Positions 17,951 through 23,960 of a DNA stretch of 23,960 bases are shown here, piece by piece; positions within the stretch are counted from its first letter, which is position 1; each line of letters starts with the position of its first letter. The stretch is from an uncultured archaeon (lineage in GTDB: Archaea; Asgardarchaeota; Lokiarchaeia; Sigyniarchaeales; SOKP01): assembly GCA_964508365.1 (NCBI GenBank), contig CAZDTP010000056.1:1-23960 (forward strand), read 5' to 3'. The position numbers were made by a program, and so were the translations under genes. The notes under the pieces were generated by a model. It saw nothing but the letters and a program-made list of their open reading frames with translations, had not been told where the DNA came from and searched no databases.

Positions 17951-18103
17951 TCTAATTTTAGTGTTTTGAGATGACAGTACCATGATAGAATTAGCTTTTC
18001 AGCAAATTATTTCTCTTTCATCGCGATTACCTCTTATCAATTTTTTCGTAATTGTATTAAAGGCTTGTTTATTTTATAATCTTGTTTGAAAGGTTAGAGA
18101 TTT

Positions 18104-18457
18104 ATGAGTGTCGATGATAATATAATTTGGAACAAGTGTAAAAAATGTGGATTTTTACAGCACAATTCCCATCTACGATGTATGAAATGCAAATCTGAGG
18201 TTTTTAATACGGTTAAAGCCGAAGGTAATCCAAAACTTATCTCTTATACCATCTTAAAAGCACCCCCCGCTGAGTTTCGAGATAAGGCCTCCTATGCTCT
18301 TGGAATTGTGGAATTTGAAAATGGTGTAAAAGTACTCGGCCAAATTACTACTCAAAATAATTTAAAAACAGGAATGAAGATGAAGCCATTTTATAGAAAA
18401 ATCTGTAATAATTTAGATGGAAAGGAAGTCTATAATTTTACTTTCGAACCTATTTAG
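18104..18457 (+). CDS. DUF35-family Zn-ribbon/OB-fold protein (acyl-CoA binding, thiolase partner)
   Basis: KCKKCG...RCMKC zinc ribbon, then LISYTI...PYA-like SYALGIVEFENGVKVLGQI and GMKMKP OB-fold. Confidence 0.9.
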   Translation: MSVDDNIIWNKCKKCGFLQHNSHLRCMKCKSEVFNTVKAEGNPKLISYTILKAPPAEFRDKASYALGIVEFENGVKVLGQITTQNNLKTGMKMKPFYRKICNNLDGKEVYNFTFEPI

Positions 18458-18573
18458 TAATATGATAAAGAGGGAGAAGAAGATGTGTTCATATTTAGTA
18501 AAAAAAAATAGTTAAATTAATTATAATTATTTACTATAAAAAATTTCAATTACATATCTTATTAGAGATATTC

Positions 18574-19140
18574 ATGAAATTAAAATTGCGATTTTCTGGT
18601 CGCGGCGGACAAGGTATCAAATCCTTAGGAAGTGTATTAGTTCGAGTTGCAACAGCTGCTAATTATTATGCAACACTCACAGTTGACTATACACCTTCCG
18701 TTAGAGGGGGACCTATTTTTTGTGATGTTATTCTAAGCTCTGCTCCTATTTCATATCCATTCTGCGATAAAGATGCGGATATTTTTATTGCCATAGATCA
18801 AACAGGATTCAAACGCGCCTCTGAATGTATATATGAAAAAACTCTCTCTTTTATCGATGAGCATACAATTAGTAACGCCGAGGAAATCATCCAGAAAGGA
18901 AAAATCCATCGTGTTCCAATTACAAGACGAGCTGATGAAAAAAAAATACCCAAGAGCGCGAATATTCTTTGTTTAGGATTCCTTTCTCAATATCTTAAAG
19001 AAAGTAGGAAAATTGATTTAAAAGAAGATTTTTTTAACCAAGCTTTAAATAGTATGCCAAAACGGTTTAGAGAAGTCAATATTCAAAGTTATCACCTTGG
19101 TCAAGCTCTCTATCAGGAATTAATAAATAAATCTCAATAA
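18574..19140 (+). CDS. korC: 2-oxoacid:ferredoxin oxidoreductase gamma subunit
   Basis: FSGRGGQGI, YTPSVRGG and ANILCLG motifs, next to the delta, alpha and beta subunit genes. Confidence 0.85.
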   Translation: MKLKLRFSGRGGQGIKSLGSVLVRVATAANYYATLTVDYTPSVRGGPIFCDVILSSAPISYPFCDKDADIFIAIDQTGFKRASECIYEKTLSFIDEHTISNAEEIIQKGKIHRVPITRRADEKKIPKSANILCLGFLSQYLKESRKIDLKEDFFNQALNSMPKRFREVNIQSYHLGQALYQELINKSQ

Positions 19141-19333
19141 AATGTATTTTCTTTTCTTAAAACCTAATAAAATTAGACTTTTAATTTCTCAAAAAGGTAA
19201 TTTCATGAAAAGATATCGCTATTTAGTAAGTTACTTCTGCTTCGAAAAAGCAAATTTAAAAGAGAATTTTCTATTTTAAAGAATAAAAGAAAAAAATATA
19301 GTCAGATGTATATTTATACTAGAGGATTAAAAA

Positions 19334-19621
19334 ATGTTAAAATCTAAACGAATACCCATTTTGCCACCTCCTTCCCCCGAGAAAAAATATGAAATAATAA
19401 TAGATTCTGAACAATGCGATGGTTGCGAATTATGTTTGTCATTCTGTCCAAAAGATTTAATAGAAATAAGTGAAGATAAGTTCAATAGTCGCATGCTCCA
19501 TTATGCGATCGTGGTTAAACCTGAAGAGTGTGCAGGATGCCGACAATGTGAACGGTTATGTCCTACAGTTTCATTATTTATTTTGGAAAAAGATAATACG
19601 GAAGTTATAAACAATGAGTAA
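19334..19621 (+). CDS. korD: 2-oxoacid:ferredoxin oxidoreductase delta subunit (2[4Fe-4S] ferredoxin)
   Basis: CDGCELCLSFCP and CAGCRQCERLCP. Overlaps the alpha subunit gene by 8 nt. Confidence 0.88.
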   Translation: MLKSKRIPILPPPSPEKKYEIIIDSEQCDGCELCLSFCPKDLIEISEDKFNSRMLHYAIVVKPEECAGCRQCERLCPTVSLFILEKDNTEVINNE

Positions 19622-20759
19622 TGCAAATATCCAAGAAAAAAGAATATTAACTACTGGAAATTCTGCATGTGCAGAAGGTGCGATTACAGCAGGATGTTTA
19701 TATTTTGCGGGTTATCCTATCACACCATCCTCAGAAATTGCTGCTTACATGTCAAGACGTCTTCCTCAAGTTAATGGAACATTTGTTCAAATGGAAGATG
19801 AGCTGGCTTCAATCACAAGTTGTTTTGGAGCTTCTTATGCTGGAAAGAAAGCGATGACTGCAACTTCAGGACCAGGGTTTTCACTTATGGCTGAAAGTAT
19901 AGGTTTAGGAATAATGTTAGAAGTACCAGCAGTTATCGTCACGATAATGAGAGGAGGACCTAGTACAGGACAACCGACAAATGCATCTCAATCAGATGTA
20001 TATCAAACGAGATATGCTTCTCATGGAGATTATGAAATAATTGTATTAGCCCCATCTACAGTTCAAGAAATGTACGATTTAACCATACGTGCATTTAATT
20101 TATCTGAGAAATATCGTATACCTGTAATTGTCGCTTCAGACGGAATTTTAGGACAAATGATGGAAGTTATTAATGTGCATTCAAATATTAAATTGGTAGA
20201 GCGTAAAAAACCTCAAGTTCCACCAGAGAAATATAAACCTTTTGAAGCTTTTGATGATGATCTTGTGCCTGGAATGGCAATAGCAGGAACGAACTATTCT
20301 TTTTATGTTACAGGTTTAACTCATGATATAGAAGGTAATCCACAAATGACACCAGAAGCCGCAGAAGTTCTCATTAAACGGCTTTGTGATAAAATTAAGA
20401 GAGCAAGACCTCAAATTAATGATTGGGAGGAAAAACATTTAGATGATGCTGATATCGTTATTTTAGCCTATGGAATTAATGCAAGAGGGGTACCAGAAGT
20501 CGTTGAGCAAGCACGCCAAAAAGGATATAAGGTGGGACTTGTCCGATTAAAAAGTCTATGGCCCTTCCCTGATGAATTAATGGAAAGAATTGGGCAAATG
20601 GGAGCTTCAAAGGTTATCGTTTGTGAAATGAACAATGGAATGATAATTAGAGAAGTCCAGAGATTTCGACATTTGTTTACTGTTTCGGGTATTACAATTC
20701 CTACTACCATTCCTTTCAGTCCTAAATTTATTTATGAGAAGTTGATGAAGGAGGTTTAA
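19614..20759 (+). CDS. korA: 2-oxoacid:ferredoxin oxidoreductase alpha subunit
   Basis: AGYPITPSSEI, QMEDE, MTATSGPGFSLM and RGGPSTG motifs. The substrate cannot be fixed from sequence. Confidence 0.92.
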   Translation: MSNANIQEKRILTTGNSACAEGAITAGCLYFAGYPITPSSEIAAYMSRRLPQVNGTFVQMEDELASITSCFGASYAGKKAMTATSGPGFSLMAESIGLGIMLEVPAVIVTIMRGGPSTGQPTNASQSDVYQTRYASHGDYEIIVLAPSTVQEMYDLTIRAFNLSEKYRIPVIVASDGILGQMMEVINVHSNIKLVERKKPQVPPEKYKPFEAFDDDLVPGMAIAGTNYSFYVTGLTHDIEGNPQMTPEAAEVLIKRLCDKIKRARPQINDWEEKHLDDADIVILAYGINARGVPEVVEQARQKGYKVGLVRLKSLWPFPDELMERIGQMGASKVIVCEMNNGMIIREVQRFRHLFTVSGITIPTTIPFSPKFIYEKLMKEV

Positions 20760-20762
20760 CAT

Positions 20763-21629
20763 ATGAGTCCATCAGATCAAATATCAATCCCCCCTGAAGC
20801 ACTTAGTCATCCCTTAATTGATATGTTAAATTTAAACAGATTCATTTTTTGTCCGGGTTGTTTAATTGGGACGGTAATTACATCAATTACAAGTTGTCTA
20901 AAAGAAAGAGGACTTAAATCTAAGGATTATGCCATTGTATCTGGTATAGGATGTACTGGTCGATCGAGTGGCTGTTTTAAAGCACCGGCCTTCCATACTA
21001 CACATGGGAGAGCTATACCTTTTGCAACGGGTATAAAATTAGCAAATCCTAAATTAAAGGTTATAGTTCTATCGGGAGATGGAGATCTTTTTGCTATAGG
21101 TGGGAATCATTTTATCCATGCTGCTAGAAGAAATGTAGAGATAACGGTTCTCTGTATAAATAACAACATATATGGAATGACTGGAGGACAAGTAGCCCCT
21201 ACAACCCAAATTGGTGATATTACTCAAACAACACCATATGGAAATGTGGAACCTCCCTTCAATTTAGTAAGTTTAGCAGCTGCGGCAGGAGCAACATATG
21301 TCGCTAGATGGCCTGGATATGACACACTTAGATTACAAAAAAGTATTTTTAAATGCATAGACAATCAAGGATTTAGTTTTATAGAAGTGCTTGCTCCTTG
21401 TTTTGTCCAATATGGTTCTAAAAATAAATTAGGCGATGCAGTAGAGATGCTAGAATGGTTAAAAAAGCAAATTAAAATTAAGGTTGATTGGCCCCCTCAT
21501 CAAGCAACTTTTGATTTCAAGAAAGGGATTATTATATGCGGGGAATTTGTTGAAGAGGAGCGGGAAGGATTTAGCAAAAAAATAGAGCAAGTTCGAGTTA
21601 AAGCACAAAATAAAAAAATTAAAAATTGA
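20763..21629 (+). CDS. korB: 2-oxoacid:ferredoxin oxidoreductase beta subunit (TPP binding)
   Basis: FCPGC, SGIGC, HGRA, GDGD...NNNIYGMTGGQ. A GGAGG Shine-Dalgarno-like site sits at 20750-20754. Confidence 0.92.
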   Translation: MSPSDQISIPPEALSHPLIDMLNLNRFIFCPGCLIGTVITSITSCLKERGLKSKDYAIVSGIGCTGRSSGCFKAPAFHTTHGRAIPFATGIKLANPKLKVIVLSGDGDLFAIGGNHFIHAARRNVEITVLCINNNIYGMTGGQVAPTTQIGDITQTTPYGNVEPPFNLVSLAAAAGATYVARWPGYDTLRLQKSIFKCIDNQGFSFIEVLAPCFVQYGSKNKLGDAVEMLEWLKKQIKIKVDWPPHQATFDFKKGIIICGEFVEEEREGFSKKIEQVRVKAQNKKIKN

Positions 21630-21651
21630 ATTAAAGGTAGTAAATGAAAAT

Positions 21652-23960
21652 ATGACTGAAAGTGCCGATAAACCTAGAATTGAACCAAAAATTGGGGTTT
21701 TTCTATGTAAATGTGGAAAAAATATTGGTGGAACCGTTGATATTGATCAATTAGCTAAAGAAATTGAAGGAGATACAAGAGTCAAACTAGTTCAAGTTAA
21801 TACATATACTTGTTCTGATCCCGGGCAATTAGAAATCGTAAAAGCAATAACCGAGCAAGGAATAGAGAAGATAGTTGTAGCAGCTTGCTCCCCAAGATTG
21901 CATGCTCCAACATGGAAAAAGCTTGTAAGAAGAGCTGGAATAAATCCTTCGCTAGTAGAAGTAGCTAATATCCGAGAACAATGTAGTTGGGTACATATTT
22001 CAGAGAAAGAAGAAGCTACTAAAAAAGCTAAAGAAATCCTTGAAATGGCAATCGCTAAAGCTGAGTTATTAGAAGCAATTGATGACATCGTTGTTCCCAT
22101 TACACGAAGAGTCTTAATCATTGGAGGAGGAGTAGCAGGAATTCAAGCTGCGTTAGATTTAGCTGATGATTATGAAGTTATCCTTGTTGAAAAAACACCT
22201 ACAATTGGAGGAAAGATGGCTCTCATCGATAAAACTTTTCCAACAATGGATTGTTCAATCTGTATTTTAGGACCTAAAATGGCTGATGTAGGTAATCATG
22301 AAAATATTAATTTAATTTCTTGTGCTGAAGTTACAGCTATATCTGGATATGTCGGTAATTTTGAAGTCACAATTAAAAAATATCCACGCTATGTAGATGA
22401 AAATCTCTGTACTGCATGCGGGGATTGCGTCTCAATCTGCCCTGAAAACATTGTCGATGAGTATTCTGGCAACTTAGGTTGGAGGAAAGCAATATATATC
22501 CCATATCCACAAGCAGTACCAGCTAGTTATATAATTGATGAAAAGAACTGCTTAGGGCTCTCCCCTCTGACCTGTGGAAAATGTGTTTCTGAATGTGAAA
22601 AAGAAGCCATAAATTATGAGGATTCCGAAAAATTTTTTAATTATAAAGTTGGAGGCATTATTATCGCAGTAGGTTTTGAACTTTTTGATGCCTCTAAACT
22701 CCCAGAATATGGATGGGGTAATTACTCTAATGTTATAACAACTTTTGAATTCGAAAGATTAATTAATGCTGCAGGACCAACAAATGGAGAACTTGTACGT
22801 CCCAGTGATCTTAAGAAGCCAAAAAAAGTTGCTTTTATTAATTGTGTAGGATCGCGTGATAAAAGATTTAATCCATATTGTTCTAACTTCTGTTGTATGG
22901 AAAGTATAAAGGATAGTCTTTTAATTAAAGAACATTGGCCTGATGTTGAGGTTACAATATTCTTTATTGATATTAGGGCTTTTGGTAAAGGATTTGAAGA
23001 ACTATATTCACGGTCAAGAGAAGAAGGTATTCTTTTTATACGTGGACGTCCTGGTCAAATTAGAGAAAATCCCATTACTAATAATCTTATTGTTAGTGTT
23101 GAAATTATAAGCACTGGAACAATGCTCTCTGAAAACTTTGATTTAGTAGTCCTTTCTATAGGGGTTGAAGGTTCATCAGAATCTATTCCCTTTCCTATTG
23201 CTAAGGATTCAAAAGGATTTTACATTGAAGCACATCCTAAACTTCGACCCGTAGATACTCCAACTGATGGTATTTTCATTGCTGGTGGAGCAGAATCACC
23301 AAAGGATATTAGAGAAACTGTTACACAAGCTAGTGCTGCAGCAGGGCGCTGTGGAAGTTTGCTTTCAAAAGGAGAGTTCCATGTAGAACCTTTATATGCA
23401 TTTGTGGATACAGAAAAGTGTACTAGTTGTGGGATTTGTCTATCTCGTTGTCCTTACGGTGCTATTAGTGTTGATCAAGAAAAAAAAACACCTGCACGGA
23501 TTATTCCAGTGTTATGTAAAGGTTGTGGAACATGTGCAGCAGATTGCCCTACAAATGCTATAAACATGACAAATTTTACAGATGCCATGATCCTCAGACA
23601 AATTGATATAGCTCTTCGTGAAAATGCCCCAGAAAAAGTATTAATTTTTGCTTGCAATTGGTGTTCATATGCTGGAGCGGATTTGGCTGGAACAAGTCGA
23701 ATCCAGTATCCAACTAATACCAGAATTGTTAGAACTATGTGTTCAGGACGAGTAAATCCTTCTTTTATTAAACACTGTTTTAATCGCGGAGCAGGAGCTG
23801 TTATGTTGACTGGATGTCATCCACAAGATTGTCATTATATTTCTGGAAATGACTTTGCCATAAAGCGAGAAAAAAAAATTAGAAGTTGGATGAAGAAAAA
23901 TAAAATTTCTGATGAGAGATTTGTCATTGAATGGATCTCTGCAGCAGAAGGAAAAAAATT
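21652..23960 (+). CDS. hdrA: Heterodisulfide reductase subunit A fused to a C-terminal MvhD domain (3' truncated by the window)
   Basis: Manual translation from ATG 21652 is open to the window end: GVFLCKCG, ACSP, NIREQCSWVH, IIGGGVAG (FAD), DKTFPTMDCSIC, ferredoxin motifs, CVGSRD, YCSNFCC, HPKLRPV, then in-frame MvhD motifs CNWCSYAGAD, MCSGRV and GCHPQDCHY from ~23635. Confidence 0.95.
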   Translation, partial: MTESADKPRIEPKIGVFLCKCGKNIGGTVDIDQLAKEIEGDTRVKLVQVNTYTCSDPGQLEIVKAITEQGIEKIVVAACSPRLHAPTWKKLVRRAGINPSLVEVANIREQCSWVHISEKEEATKKAKEILEMAIAKAELLEAIDDIVVPITRRVLIIGGGVAGIQAALDLADDYEVILVEKTPTIGGKMALIDKTFPTMDCSICILGPKMADVGNHENINLISCAEVTAISGYVGNFEVTIKKYPRYVDENLCTACGDCVSICPENIVDEYSGNLGWRKAIYIPYPQAVPASYIIDEKNCLGLSPLTCGKCVSECEKEAINYEDSEKFFNYKVGGIIIAVGFELFDASKLPEYGWGNYSNVITTFEFERLINAAGPTNGELVRPSDLKKPKKVAFINCVGSRDKRFNPYCSNFCCMESIKDSLLIKEHWPDVEVTIFFIDIRAFGKGFEELYSRSREEGILFIRGRPGQIRENPITNNLIVSVEIISTGTMLSENFDLVVLSIGVEGSSESIPFPIAKDSKGFYIEAHPKLRPVDTPTDGIFIAGGAESPKDIRETVTQASAAAGRCGSLLSKGEFHVEPLYAFVDTEKCTSCGICLSRCPYGAISVDQEKKTPARIIPVLCKGCGTCAADCPTNAINMTNFTDAMILRQIDIALRENAPEKVLIFACNWCSYAGADLAGTSRIQYPTNTRIVRTMCSGRVNPSFIKHCFNRGAGAVMLTGCHPQDCHYISGNDFAIKREKKIRSWMKKNKISDERFVIEWISAAEGKK

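Noticed and set aside
23480-23488. A9 run in hdrA as a possible frameshift separating HdrA and MvhD
   Set aside because: The frame is preserved through the run (GAA AAA AAA ACA) and stays open to the window end.
19669-23657. Short ORFs 19669-19857, 20468-20710, 21792-22121 and 23475-23657
   Set aside because: Alternative-frame or antisense ORFs inside korA and hdrA.

Overview
AT-rich archaeal chromosomal window, most likely from an Asgard archaeon (Lokiarchaeia-like). This is inferred from an archaeal-type LeuRS, a Rab-like small GTPase, a wHTH-TPR protein, a multi-PAS histidine kinase and an HdrA-MvhD fusion. Left to right it holds: a pseudogene copy of the 3' end of an enoyl-CoA hydratase, an MNT-HEPN toxin-antitoxin pair, the intact hydratase, leuS, a six-PAS histidine kinase, a radical SAM protein, a classical thiolase, a thiolase-fold protein lacking the nucleophilic Cys, a LuxE-like acyl-protein synthetase, a small charged ORF, a wHTH-TPR protein, the GTPase, a 780-bp intergenic region with a diverged ~160-bp tandem repeat, a DUF35 protein, a four-subunit 2-oxoacid:ferredoxin oxidoreductase and an HdrA-MvhD fusion that runs off the end and is missing from the ORF track. 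The best leads are (1) a 1029-bp TA islet between diverged copies of a gene end, (2) a LeuRS with several altered synthetic-site motifs but an apparently intact editing site, (3) the Cys-less thiolase, orphan LuxE and DUF35 in one acyl-CoA neighbourhood, and (4) two conserved G-quadruplex motifs in the intergenic repeat. No rRNA, tRNA, CRISPR array or transposase was recognised. Family assignments come from motif recognition by eye, not database searches.
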